Origin: an uncultured bacterium
Lineage (GTDB): Bacteria > Omnitrophota > Omnitrophia > Omnitrophales > Aquincolibacteriaceae
DNA length: 64,000 nt
Direction: 5' to 3'
Assembly (NCBI GenBank): GCA_964606385.1
Contig: CAZSFZ010000010.1
Coordinates: 512 to 64,511, forward strand
Shown here: positions 38,957 through 48,376 of the stretch, in pieces
Layout: each line of letters opens with the position of its first letter
How positions within the stretch are numbered: the stretch's first letter is position 1
Position numbers and translations under genes: made by a program
Notes under the pieces: generated by a model
Database searches by the model: none
What the model was told of the DNA's origin: nothing
The model's input: only the letters and a program-made list of their open reading frames with translations

Positions 38957-39868
38957 ATGAAAAAAATTTTTGTTTTAATGTTGGTGGTTTTTGCCAGTTT
39001 GTTTTTTATGATATCCGGCAGTTTGTTTGCGATGGAGATGCCCACCCAGGCGGGAGTTGCGGCAGCCGTAAAAGGCGAGGTCAAGGCCACAACGCCTCCG
39101 GATAAAACTCCTCATGTGCTGAAAAGCGGCGACAAGGTCTATATGGGAGATAAGATCGAGACGGGCGATCAGGGGCAGCTCCAGATCCTTCTTCTGGACC
39201 AGACGGTTTTTACTCTCGGGCCGATGAGCTCCATCACGGTCGATGAATTCGTCTATGATCCTTCCAACGATGACGGGAAAGTGAAGGCGAGCGTGATGAA
39301 AGGCATCTTTCGCGTCGTGTCAGGCAAGGTAGCGCACAAAAAACCCGAGAACATGTCGGTCGATCTTCCCTCGGGAACGATCGGTTTTCGGGGTACCAAT
39401 GTAGCGGGGATCATTGACGGACAAAAGTCGACCGTCGTCCTGCTCGGGCCCGTAGGTGTCGGGCGCATTTATGTGACGAATATCGTGAACGGCGAAGTTG
39501 TGGGAGTGGACATCGATGAAGTCGGGAACGCGACGATCGTCGACGGGCCTAACAGCGCTCCCGTGGCGGTGTTCCAGGTTTCGCAGGAGGTTCTCAACCA
39601 GATCGCCACAGCCCTGGGCCAGCCTGTGACCGGTGCTGACACGGCCGGAACGGACACGGGGACTCCTTCTTTTCCAAGAGGGCCGGTGGATACCCAGGCC
39701 TTGATGGATCTTTTGAATCAGGTCGATGATCTGAATCAGACCAGTGTCATCGGCGCCCAAAGCGCGGCTCAATCTTCCGCTGAAAGCGCTGCCAAAGACC
39801 ACTCGGATTCAAGGAATGCAAATTCGGGCAGCGATACCGGCAATAATTACACAGTAACCCATCCGTAA
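38957..39868 (+). CDS. Secreted FecR-domain protein, paralog 2
   Basis: Same FecR-like core (QLQILLLDQTVFTLGP...TIGFRGT). Shares the SVIGAQxAAQS motif with paralog 1. Confidence 0.7.
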   Translation: MKKIFVLMLVVFASLFFMISGSLFAMEMPTQAGVAAAVKGEVKATTPPDKTPHVLKSGDKVYMGDKIETGDQGQLQILLLDQTVFTLGPMSSITVDEFVYDPSNDDGKVKASVMKGIFRVVSGKVAHKKPENMSVDLPSGTIGFRGTNVAGIIDGQKSTVVLLGPVGVGRIYVTNIVNGEVVGVDIDEVGNATIVDGPNSAPVAVFQVSQEVLNQIATALGQPVTGADTAGTDTGTPSFPRGPVDTQALMDLLNQVDDLNQTSVIGAQSAAQSSAESAAKDHSDSRNANSGSDTGNNYTVTHP

Positions 39869-39923
39869 CGGACAGGTGTTTCAGGATCGACCTGAACCTT
39901 CAAATTCCGAAAGGGCTCCCTTT

Positions 39924-40829
39924 GTGAAAAAAACATTGTTTGTTTCTTTATTTGCGACCCTTTTCATTTTTTCCGTCCTGCTCGGGCAAATGTTGCCTTC
40001 CGCTTTTGCGTTGGAACCTGCTGTCGGAGTGGCTGGGGGAATTCACGGCACAGTGACCGTGATCTCGAAAGAGGGGGAAACACGGACCCTCCAGGGCGGG
40101 GATCCGGTTTATCTCGAAGACCGGTTGACCACGGAAGCTGACGGCCGCCTTCAGATCCTTCTTCTTGATGAAACCGTATTCACGGTGGGTCCTGAGAGCA
40201 GTATCACCGTAAAAGAATTTATTTATGACGCTTCGGCGGGAAGCGGTAAGCTCAAAGCCGATGTCATCAAAGGTTTTTTCCGGATCATTTCAGGCAAGAT
40301 CGCCCACCAGGATCCTGAGAATATGAGCGTCGAGCTTCCCGCCGGTACGATCGGATTTCGCGGGACGATGGTCATGGGAAGATCTGAAGGCACCCGGTCG
40401 CTTGTGGTGCTTTTGGGTCCCGCCGGCGGGGAAGGAGTTCGTCCGGGACGTATTTATGTAGCCAATATCGTGAATGGTGAGGCATTGGGTGTCGAGATCG
40501 ATCAGAAAGGTTATGGAACCGTGATCGAAGGCGATAACACGGCCCCTCTTCCTGCTTTTAAAGTGACGGAGGAAGAGCTCGAAATGCTCAATCAAGCCCT
40601 GAATGCGGATTCCGGATCGACCCATGAGACTGCCGTGGGCCAGGGAGAGGGTGGTAACGCTTCCCGGGCAAATTTCGATTCAGGACATTTGCCGGAAGCT
40701 TTTTCCTTAATGTCCCAGATGGATGAGCATCTCCAACGAGCTGCCCAGGGCGGGATGCTGACGCCCACTCCGGCGGTTACTCCCGTGACCGTTCCCGGGG
40801 GCCGCGATGACGACGGAGGCGACAAATAA
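39924..40829 (+). CDS. Secreted FecR-domain protein, paralog 3
   Basis: Same core (RLQILLLDETVFTVGP...TIGFRGT). GTG 39924 is preferred because it immediately precedes the signal peptide; ATG 39876 is the alternative. Confidence 0.65.
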   Translation: MKKTLFVSLFATLFIFSVLLGQMLPSAFALEPAVGVAGGIHGTVTVISKEGETRTLQGGDPVYLEDRLTTEADGRLQILLLDETVFTVGPESSITVKEFIYDASAGSGKLKADVIKGFFRIISGKIAHQDPENMSVELPAGTIGFRGTMVMGRSEGTRSLVVLLGPAGGEGVRPGRIYVANIVNGEALGVEIDQKGYGTVIEGDNTAPLPAFKVTEEELEMLNQALNADSGSTHETAVGQGEGGNASRANFDSGHLPEAFSLMSQMDEHLQRAAQGGMLTPTPAVTPVTVPGGRDDDGGDK

Positions 40830-40866
40830 TCCGAAGATCTTTTCGGGTTGGTTTTAACCCACCAGG

Positions 40867-43089
40867 TTATTTTGAGTCCGCGGTGGTCGTGCCGTCCCAA
40901 TTGGGTCCCGGGGGATTGATCTTGAAGGCAAGGATACGGGAAACATAAAGCTCGTACAAAATGCCGAGGTCGATCCCCGGAAGCGTGACGTGGCGGCAAC
41001 GCTCCAGCAATTTCTCAGCTTCTTCCCAGCGTTGGGCCCGGTAGGCCGCGAGCATCTTTTCGAAATTTCCACGGACCTCCTGAAAAAGCGGCTGGGCGGC
41101 TAATCCCGAATTCCCCAAAAGGGCGAAGATCCTCACCGGTTTTGTTTTTCCCTTCACGCGGATCATATCGATCTCAAGGAACGCGAGTTCCGGTACCTCT
41201 GCGACCGTGTTTTGTCCGGCGACGGTTGTGACGCCGTAATTTCTGGAGAGGCTCTCAAGACGTGAAGCCAGGTTTACATGATCGCCCAGGACGGTGTAGT
41301 CGAAACGCTGCTCCGACCCCATGTTGCCGACGCAGGCCTGTCCGGAGTTGATCCCGATCCCGATCTTGACGGGCGGCAGAGGATGAGCGCCTTTTTCGCT
41401 TTGCGTATTCCATTCCCTGACGAGGACCTGCATGTCGAGCGCCGCGAGGCAGGCGTGCCGGCTATGCTCCTTGTCTTCCATCGGCGCGTTCCAGAACGCC
41501 ATGATGCAGTCCCCGATGTATTTATCGATCGTGCCCGCGTGTTTAAGAACGATGTCCGTCATCGGCGTGAGGAATTTATTCATGAAATGCGTGAGCTCTT
41601 CCGGCTTCATCTGTTCCGCGATACCGGTGAAATTACGGATGTCCGTGAAAAGGAAGCTCATGACGCGGATCTCGCCGCCGAGCTTGAGCTGCTTCGGATT
41701 CTTGGCGAGTTTTTCGACAAGCACAGGCGAAAGATACCGGCCGAAAGCCCCGCGGACCTGACTGCGCTCCCATTCGGTTCCGAGGAAATTCAAAAACGAA
41801 GAAACAAGGAAGATAAGAGAAATACCGAGGGACGGGAATACCGGATCGATCAAGCGTTGTTCACGCACGAATTGATACCAGGAGAGTCCGAAGACCGACA
41901 CGATCGCCAGGATGCCGATCGCGGCGCAGTAGATCGCCCCGACCCTGGGCAGGATCAAAATAAGAAGCAGTCCCATGACGACCAAAAAGGTGAATTCCGC
42001 GCCGACGGCCCAATCCGGACGGTTCAAAAAATCCCCCGTGATCATTTGTTCCGCGACCTGCGCGTGGACATCGACGCCGGCCGCAAGCGGGTTCAAGGGC
42101 GTGGAACGCATATCTTTGAGCGCCTGGGCGCTTGAACCAATGAAAAGGATCTTGTCCTTGACGGCGGCTAGCGCTTCATCGTCTGAAAGGATCTTCCACG
42201 CGGGGATATAGCGTTTGGACTGATAACCCGTATCATAAAGCCAGACGCGTCCCCGGTTATCCGTCGGAACTTTCAAAAGGCCGAATTTGATCTCCACGAT
42301 GCCGGTTTCCGCGCCGAAAGAAGCTTCGTCTTTTGTGCCGCCGGCCAACGTAATAATGTAATTCGAGGCATCCTGGTAAACCCGCATGGCCTCGAGCGCT
42401 AACGAGGGATAGATCGAATCGTTCAGGCGATAGAAGGACGGGACCCTGCGAACGATATTGTCCCATTCCAGATCGATATTAAAGCAACCATTCCCCTTGG
42501 CGGCTTTTTCCAGAGGAGGAAGATCCAGGACCGCGCCTTTAAAAACGGGGAAAATGTACTTGGACGGATTGTCATCGATCGAGCCGCCCCGGTGCGAAAT
42601 CCCGGCTTTGGACGCGGGGACTTTTTTATTTTTTTCGTTGGTCAGCGCGAAACCCAGGATCACCGGAGAGTGTGAGATGACTTTTGCGAAGACATCGTCA
42701 TGATCGGGGATCATTTCAAGCTGTGCGCGTAGAAGTTCGCTGGCGGAACCCTCGGTCCATAGAGGAATGATGCTTTTCGGGGAGGTCCGGTCGGGTTCGG
42801 CGAAAACACCGTCAAAAGCGATCACGGTGGCGCCGCCCTCGACGAGGCGTACGATCAGCTTTCCAAGAATGGTCCTGGGCCACGGCCACTGGCCGGCCTT
42901 TTCCAGGCTCTCGTCGTCGATATCGATGATGCGGACCGGGGTGTCCTGATAAACGCGCGGCTTGATCATTTGAAAGATGTCAAAGACCTTGGCGCGGAAG
43001 GACTCGATCGGTTCGGGAAAGGAGAAATGAAAGACGACGACACCCAGGAGGATCAGGGCAGGGATAATATAGGAAAGTGCCTTTCGCAT
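40867..43089 (-). CDS. CHASE2 sensor-domain class III adenylate/guanylate cyclase
   Basis: N-terminal TM, CHASE2-like periplasmic region, three TMs, then a cyclase domain (FLFTDIRNFT...KYIGDCIMAFWNAP...GDHVNLASRLE). Confidence 0.85.
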   Translation of the reverse strand: MRKALSYIIPALILLGVVVFHFSFPEPIESFRAKVFDIFQMIKPRVYQDTPVRIIDIDDESLEKAGQWPWPRTILGKLIVRLVEGGATVIAFDGVFAEPDRTSPKSIIPLWTEGSASELLRAQLEMIPDHDDVFAKVISHSPVILGFALTNEKNKKVPASKAGISHRGGSIDDNPSKYIFPVFKGAVLDLPPLEKAAKGNGCFNIDLEWDNIVRRVPSFYRLNDSIYPSLALEAMRVYQDASNYIITLAGGTKDEASFGAETGIVEIKFGLLKVPTDNRGRVWLYDTGYQSKRYIPAWKILSDDEALAAVKDKILFIGSSAQALKDMRSTPLNPLAAGVDVHAQVAEQMITGDFLNRPDWAVGAEFTFLVVMGLLLILILPRVGAIYCAAIGILAIVSVFGLSWYQFVREQRLIDPVFPSLGISLIFLVSSFLNFLGTEWERSQVRGAFGRYLSPVLVEKLAKNPKQLKLGGEIRVMSFLFTDIRNFTGIAEQMKPEELTHFMNKFLTPMTDIVLKHAGTIDKYIGDCIMAFWNAPMEDKEHSRHACLAALDMQVLVREWNTQSEKGAHPLPPVKIGIGINSGQACVGNMGSEQRFDYTVLGDHVNLASRLESLSRNYGVTTVAGQNTVAEVPELAFLEIDMIRVKGKTKPVRIFALLGNSGLAAQPLFQEVRGNFEKMLAAYRAQRWEEAEKLLERCRHVTLPGIDLGILYELYVSRILAFKINPPGPNWDGTTTADSK

Positions 43090-43115
43090 GTCCAATTCTC
43101 TATTTAAAAATTAAC

Positions 43116-43142
43116 GGTTAATTGGGCTAGTCCTGGCAACCT
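43116..43142. promoter_or_regulatory. 27-bp motif copy 2 (GGTTAATTGGGCTAGTCCTGGCAACCT), inverted relative to copy 1, 27-53 nt upstream of the cyclase ATG
   Basis: 25 of 27 nt identical to the reverse complement of 35926-35953. Confidence 0.5.
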
Positions 43143-43364
43143 TCTATGAAAATAAATGGAAGCCAGGATATGGGGGGATTATATACGGGAAACGGGAAGC
43201 GGGGAACGGGGAACGTAAAATTTTTGAGCGGGGATCCCCGGGAGGTGACGAGGGCGAAGTCCTTTGCTCTTTCTCTCAAAAAACTCCATGATTATTTTTG
43301 GGAAATGGATAGACTATCCCTACCTTGGTTTTTATTTTTGAATCTGAACAGGAGGAAGCCGGCT

Positions 43365-44756
43365 TTGAAAAATATCAAGATCACGCTTAATGAAAAGGAT
43401 ATGCCGAAGCAGTGGTACAACCTGGCCGCGGACCTGCCGACGCCGATGCAGCCGCCTTTGGGGCCGGACGGCAAGCCGATTTCGCCCGACATGCTGGAGA
43501 AGGTATTCCCCGGGAACCTGATCGAGCAGGAAATGAGCACGGAGCGCTGGATCGATATCCCTGACGAGATCCGGGAAATGCTTTGCCGTTGGCGCCCCGC
43601 GCCGCTCCGGCGGGCGGTCTATCTTGAAAAATACCTCAAAACCCCGGCTCGTATCTATTACAAAGATGAAAGCGTCAGTCCCGCGGGGAGCCACAAACCC
43701 AATACCGCGGTAGCCCAGGCCTGGTATAACAAGCAGTTCGGCATTAAAAAACTGACGACGGAAACGGGCGCCGGACAATGGGGAAGCGCGATCGCTTTAG
43801 CGGCCAAGCTGATGGGCCTTGAGTGCAAGGTCTTTATGGTTCGGATCAGTTTCGATCAGAAACCTTTCCGAAAAAGTCTCATGCGTGTGTGGGGCGCCAA
43901 TTGCGTCGCAAGTCCGAGCCACGAGACCCATGCCGGCCGGGAGATCCTGAAAAAAGATCCCAAAACCCCTGGGAGTCTCGGGATCGCGATCAGCGAAGCG
44001 ATCGAGGAAGCGGTGGGGGACCCAAGCGGTAAAACACGCTATTGTCTCGGGAGCGTCTTGAATCACGTGATGCTCCATCAGACCGTGATCGGCCTTGAAG
44101 CGCAAAAGCAGTTGGCTTTGGCGGGCGAAAAACATCCGGACATCGTGATCGGATGCGCGGGCGGCGGCAGTAATTTTGCCGGGATCTCATTCCCGTTCGT
44201 CCGTGAAAAGATCCATGGCGCGAAGATCAAGATCGTTCCCGTGGAGCCGACGGCGTGTCCGACCCTGACGCGCGGGCCTTTCAGCTATGATCACGGGGAC
44301 GTGGCGAAAATGACGCCGCTTCTTCCGATGCATACGCTGGGACATACCTTTATTCCGGAGCCGATTCACGCGGGCGGACTGCGTTATCACGGTATGTCGC
44401 CCCTCGTCAGCCAGGGGGTGATCGAAGGTCTGCTTGAACCGCGCGCGATCGATCAGATCAAGTGCTACGAGGCCGCCATGCTTTGGGCCCAGACGGAAGG
44501 AACGGTCTGCGCGCCGGAGACCAGCCATGCGATCGCCTGCGCGATCGATGAAGCCGTCAAGGCGCGGGAAGAAGGCAAGGAGAAAAAGATCCTTTTCTGC
44601 TACAGCGGCCACGGACTCATGGACCTCGCCGGCTACGATAAGTTCCTGAACGGAGAACTGAAGGAATATGCCCTTCCGGATTCGCTATTACAGGAAGCGG
44701 TGTCCGTTATCCGGCACCACCCCAAACCTTCCACTCAAAAGACGGGAAAATGGTGA
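43365..44756 (+). CDS. trpB: Tryptophan synthase beta-chain-like protein, TrpB2 type
   Basis: N-terminal KITLNEKDMPKQWYNL, as at TrpB2 N-termini. PLP Lys region SHKPNTA. GGAGGAAG RBS before TTG 43365. The ORF-track upstream extension is rejected. Confidence 0.8.
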   Translation: MKNIKITLNEKDMPKQWYNLAADLPTPMQPPLGPDGKPISPDMLEKVFPGNLIEQEMSTERWIDIPDEIREMLCRWRPAPLRRAVYLEKYLKTPARIYYKDESVSPAGSHKPNTAVAQAWYNKQFGIKKLTTETGAGQWGSAIALAAKLMGLECKVFMVRISFDQKPFRKSLMRVWGANCVASPSHETHAGREILKKDPKTPGSLGIAISEAIEEAVGDPSGKTRYCLGSVLNHVMLHQTVIGLEAQKQLALAGEKHPDIVIGCAGGGSNFAGISFPFVREKIHGAKIKIVPVEPTACPTLTRGPFSYDHGDVAKMTPLLPMHTLGHTFIPEPIHAGGLRYHGMSPLVSQGVIEGLLEPRAIDQIKCYEAAMLWAQTEGTVCAPETSHAIACAIDEAVKAREEGKEKKILFCYSGHGLMDLAGYDKFLNGELKEYALPDSLLQEAVSVIRHHPKPSTQKTGKW

Positions 44757-44836
44757 AACCAAAGTTAGAAATGAAGGCAGACTTTGGAATAACCAAGATC
44801 CAAGATGCAATAATCAAACAAGGACCCATAACCAAA

Positions 44837-45241
44837 ATGCAATCCCCCGTCAAAAAATCGGTCATTGAATATTGGAATTTGTTTGTATCTTGGTTCTTGG
44901 TTCTTGGTTATTGCGCCTTGTTCGCAGGTTGTTCCGCTCCGGCGGTTACCAGTATTCCTTCGATCCCGAAGGATCATCCCGCTAATAAGTTCTATCAATT
45001 CGCCCAGCAAGGGATGCTCTCGGACAAGGTTTGCCGTGACAATGGGGGCGATCCTTCGATTCCGATCGGAAAGATCGAACAGGGAGAGGGATATTCAAAA
45101 TCACCGGAGTTGGTTCCCGGGGTTTTTCGCTTCAGCGATAATTCGAACAGTAAGAAATATCTCGGTGTTTCCTTCCTGCAATACAGCGGATTTCTCCAGG
45201 TTCCAAAAGTTTGCTCCTGGGAAGAAACAAACCAGCCGTAA
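44837..45241 (+). CDS. Hypothetical lipoprotein
   Basis: Lipobox LFAGC after a hydrophobic segment. Lower GC. Confidence 0.45.
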   Translation: MQSPVKKSVIEYWNLFVSWFLVLGYCALFAGCSAPAVTSIPSIPKDHPANKFYQFAQQGMLSDKVCRDNGGDPSIPIGKIEQGEGYSKSPELVPGVFRFSDNSNSKKYLGVSFLQYSGFLQVPKVCSWEETNQP

Positions 45242-45259
45242 GGGGCCCGCGAACGGGTT

Positions 45260-46126
45260 CTAAGGAAGAAAGACGTGATTGACCGGAGGTTTTTTCTCCG
45301 GAGGAGGCGGGGGTTCGGGAGAAGCCGGCTTGTATCCCGTATCTTCCCGCATGGATTGCAGCGCCTGTTCATAATTCCCGCCGTAGCGCAGCATATTCCA
45401 CACAAGCATTCCCCACAGGGACAGCGCGACCGTCTCAAAAAGAAAGATCCATACGTCCGGGGCGCCTTGAAAAAGATAAGGGACCTTCAAAGCCCAGCGG
45501 ATCCCCTGGTCCAAAAATCCCACACAGGCGACCATGAATACGGCGCGGGAGGCGCCTCTTTGTTTGCAAAAAAAACAAAAACACGCGGTCAGGACAAGCA
45601 CTGCGAGCATAAAATAAAAAAATGCGAGCTTTTCCGAGGAGCATGAGGCCCAACTGCCGGTGATCCATTCCCGGCCGAACGCGGTCCCCTGAAAGATCCC
45701 GAGGGCGCTATAGTAGAGAAAACGGAAGATCAGCAACGTAAAAACGGCTCCTCCGTTCAAAAGAGCGCCGATCCTGGGTCCGGTCATGTTGAGTTGTTTG
45801 CTGATGAAACGGGTGATGCTGTCGAGAACATGCGCGGGGACCTCTTCGAACCGGATTCCCGTGGAAAGCATTCCCCTGCCTTTCCCTTTGGCGGGCATCT
45901 GATGGACGACGCGGCCTCGAAAAACGACTTTACCGATACTCCCGCGAAGCCCCAGACGGAGTTCGATCACGGAATCTTTTTCGACGGGTTGGCGTGTCAG
46001 AAGCCCCAGGCCGCTTGTGCTGAGGTCTACGGAAAAGGCCTTCGTCCATCGTGGGGAACCGGGAGTCTTAAAAAAAACAGGAAAGCGGGACCTTAACCGG
46101 AGGCACAGCCGGTCGCCGATACCCAT
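45260..46126 (-). CDS. PilZ-domain protein with C-terminal TM segments
   Basis: RLRSRF...DLSTSGLGL PilZ c-di-GMP-binding motifs. Four C-terminal TMs. Confidence 0.7.
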   Translation of the reverse strand: MGIGDRLCLRLRSRFPVFFKTPGSPRWTKAFSVDLSTSGLGLLTRQPVEKDSVIELRLGLRGSIGKVVFRGRVVHQMPAKGKGRGMLSTGIRFEEVPAHVLDSITRFISKQLNMTGPRIGALLNGGAVFTLLIFRFLYYSALGIFQGTAFGREWITGSWASCSSEKLAFFYFMLAVLVLTACFCFFCKQRGASRAVFMVACVGFLDQGIRWALKVPYLFQGAPDVWIFLFETVALSLWGMLVWNMLRYGGNYEQALQSMREDTGYKPASPEPPPPPEKKPPVNHVFLP

Positions 46127-46452
46127 TACCAGACCTTCTTGAAATAGCGGGTGTAATGATTTTCGTCGATACGGCTGATCTCTGCGGGTTCGAGTTTGAG
46201 AGAGCCGTCATTGACCTCCAGCACGATCTCGCGGTCGTTGCGGCTCAAGATGCGACCGCTCATCATTTTTCCGCTTTTAAGATAGACGAGATCCGTGTCC
46301 AGCAAACGGGCGACGGGGAAGACGAGGCGGGTTTTTTGTCCGGCAAAATCCAGGGCTACGGCCCCGAGGACCCCTGAAATAACGCCTAAAAAAAATATCC
46401 CGATCAAAAGGACCCAGGTTCGAAGCACTGAAGGTCTGGCTGTGTCCGGCAT
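46126..46452 (-). CDS. Small N-terminally anchored hypothetical protein
   Basis: Single TM. Translationally coupled to the PilZ gene (1-nt overlap). Confidence 0.45.
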   Translation of the reverse strand: MPDTARPSVLRTWVLLIGIFFLGVISGVLGAVALDFAGQKTRLVFPVARLLDTDLVYLKSGKMMSGRILSRNDREIVLEVNDGSLKLEPAEISRIDENHYTRYFKKVW

Positions 46453-46549
46453 GAAGAGCTCTCCTTTTTTATGGATTATCGGATGATCCCGGAATAAGCT
46501 TCACGCACGGCGAGGATTTTTTATTCGCCGATTCTGCCGGGAACCGGTG

Positions 46550-47794
46550 TCAGGTGGTGACTCCGGTGTCCCAGGCGAGGCTGTTCATTTCTTGCCAGGT
46601 TAGAACGTTTATCTGATCGTTCGCATTCGGGTCCGGGGCAGGGGTGGTTGCCATAGCCAGATCGAAGTGGACCGTGGGATTGCCCCCTCCGAACGTCGAA
46701 AAAGTTTTTGCGACTACAGCCCCGTAAATGACCCCGCCCTTTCCGGAATTAGACGTCTGAAAAGACACATCCGAATTCGGCGCATAGAGCCCGCCCATAA
46801 AAGAGCCGTTTCCTCTGAGAAGCACACTCGAGTTACCAGTCACATAAATGTGGAGATTCGAAGGTTGATTCTCGGCTGCGGTGGTCCCTTGTCCGGTGAT
46901 GGCGACGCTACCGTCAACGTAGATTTTGACAGCTCCGGTTGTTACGATCGCTCCTTTATTTCCCGAAAGGTGGATGGAGCTGCAGTGGTAGGTTCCGGCG
47001 GTCAGAGTCACGGCTCTTGTGATATTGCTGAGATCGATCTCGGTCGGAGGTGTCTCGAGCGACGCCATATCAGGGGGTGCTCCAAGCGTCCAGCCCGTTG
47101 GTAAAGTTCCGGTTCCTTGAGTAATGGTTGAATTGTTCGTGGTGATTCCGGTGCTCGGATTGCCGTCCTCGTTAACCAGAGCGGTGCCGTGGACCGTAGT
47201 ATTCGTCATCGCGATGGCCCCGATGGCGGTCGAATTCGCAGCAATCGCGCCATCACCGCTGGTGTTGGCCCCGCCGTACGGCAGGCTCGAAGTGTAACTG
47301 TCAAATCTGAAGCCCGACAGGTTCATCGATTGCGTCACATAAACACCGTAGTCAAAAAGACCGCCCGGAGCCGGGGCTTTATAAATCTGGGCATAGACAG
47401 TGATATCAGAGGTTTGATAGGCCCGCGAAGTGGTGGCGCAGCTCGGGGCGCAACCCGTCGCGTCAATTCTACGCATCAAAGGTTGATTGGTGACAGGGGA
47501 GATCGTATACCGGTACTCCCCTTGAGCCAGAGGGAGTGGGCCGTAATCATGAGCGGCGCTTGCGGTTTCGATTTGCCCTGCCTGACCGTTTCCCAGATAT
47601 CTGAGCGCGGCATCGATGCCGGCTTCCGCGGCGTTAAAAGCCAAAATTCGATTCTGATATCGTTCCGTGCCTTGCATCGCGGCCTGATGCCTCGCGAAGA
47701 AAGCGAACGCAAAAATGGCGACCACGACCACAACGATGTACACGACCAAAAGAACAAAACCTTTTTTATTGGATATGGATTTTAGAGTTTTCAT
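46550..47794 (-). CDS. PilX-like minor pilus assembly protein
   Basis: N-terminal MKT...KKGFVLLVVYIVVVVVAIF PilX-N-like hydrophobic segment. Thr/Gly/Asn-rich body. Confidence 0.6.
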   Translation of the reverse strand: MKTLKSISNKKGFVLLVVYIVVVVVAIFAFAFFARHQAAMQGTERYQNRILAFNAAEAGIDAALRYLGNGQAGQIETASAAHDYGPLPLAQGEYRYTISPVTNQPLMRRIDATGCAPSCATTSRAYQTSDITVYAQIYKAPAPGGLFDYGVYVTQSMNLSGFRFDSYTSSLPYGGANTSGDGAIAANSTAIGAIAMTNTTVHGTALVNEDGNPSTGITTNNSTITQGTGTLPTGWTLGAPPDMASLETPPTEIDLSNITRAVTLTAGTYHCSSIHLSGNKGAIVTTGAVKIYVDGSVAITGQGTTAAENQPSNLHIYVTGNSSVLLRGNGSFMGGLYAPNSDVSFQTSNSGKGGVIYGAVVAKTFSTFGGGNPTVHFDLAMATTPAPDPNANDQINVLTWQEMNSLAWDTGVTT

Positions 47795-48375
47795 GGGTTT
47801 CTCGCCTCCGCTTGCGTGGTAAGCACTATGGGTTGATCCGGGATTGTCCGGCCGTCCGGAAGTGTTAGTTGAGCGCTTATTTGGATCATGACGAGCGGGG
47901 AGATCGCGCTCGGTCTCGAGAAGCTAAGAGCTGTGACGTTGTTAGCAAGAACGCTTTGTTTGACTGTCGGATTGCCCTCTTCGTCCAGGATAACGGAGGT
48001 TCGAAGGATTTGTTGTGTGTTCGAGTCCAGAAAGTACCTGATGTCGGCCGCCCAAAGCGGCGAATAGCTGCTATCCACGAGTGTTGACTCATCCGGTTCA
48101 GGAACAGGGACCCTGAAGTTGATCTCATTGCCTGCCATTATGTTCCCGCTTCCAAAGTCCGTGATTTCATTATACGCAGTTTGGCGAATCTCTTGGGCCA
48201 TCTTGAACAGAGCTTCGCGCGGGCCTTCCTGGAGGGTCATTTTGGCATGAATCGTATTAAGTTGATTGCTGCTTGCCTGCAGGATCGCGAATGTGCCAAA
48301 AAGGATGATCACAGAAATAGCGGTCGCGATGATGATCTCGACAAGCGTGAAACCGCATTTCATGGTCTTCATTTC
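47791..48375 (-). CDS. Type IV minor pilin-like protein (PilW-like)
   Basis: Prepilin N-terminal cleavage/methylation motif KCGFTLVEIIIA. Overlaps the downstream gene by 4 nt. Confidence 0.7.
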   Translation of the reverse strand, partial: EMKTMKCGFTLVEIIIATAISVIILFGTFAILQASSNQLNTIHAKMTLQEGPREALFKMAQEIRQTAYNEITDFGSGNIMAGNEINFRVPVPEPDESTLVDSSYSPLWAADIRYFLDSNTQQILRTSVILDEEGNPTVKQSVLANNVTALSFSRPSAISPLVMIQISAQLTLPDGRTIPDQPIVLTTQAEARNP

Positions 48376-48376
48376 A

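Noticed and set aside
41278-42135. 285-aa plus ORF opposite the CHASE2 cyclase
   Set aside because: Antisense to a gene with a canonical class-III cyclase catalytic core.
43146-43364. N-terminal 73 codons of the ORF-track TrpB2 ORF (MKINGSQDMGGLYTGNGKRG...)
   Set aside because: It is G-tract-repeat derived and low complexity with no RBS. TrpB2 homology begins at KITLNEKD with a strong GGAGGAAG RBS before TTG 43365.
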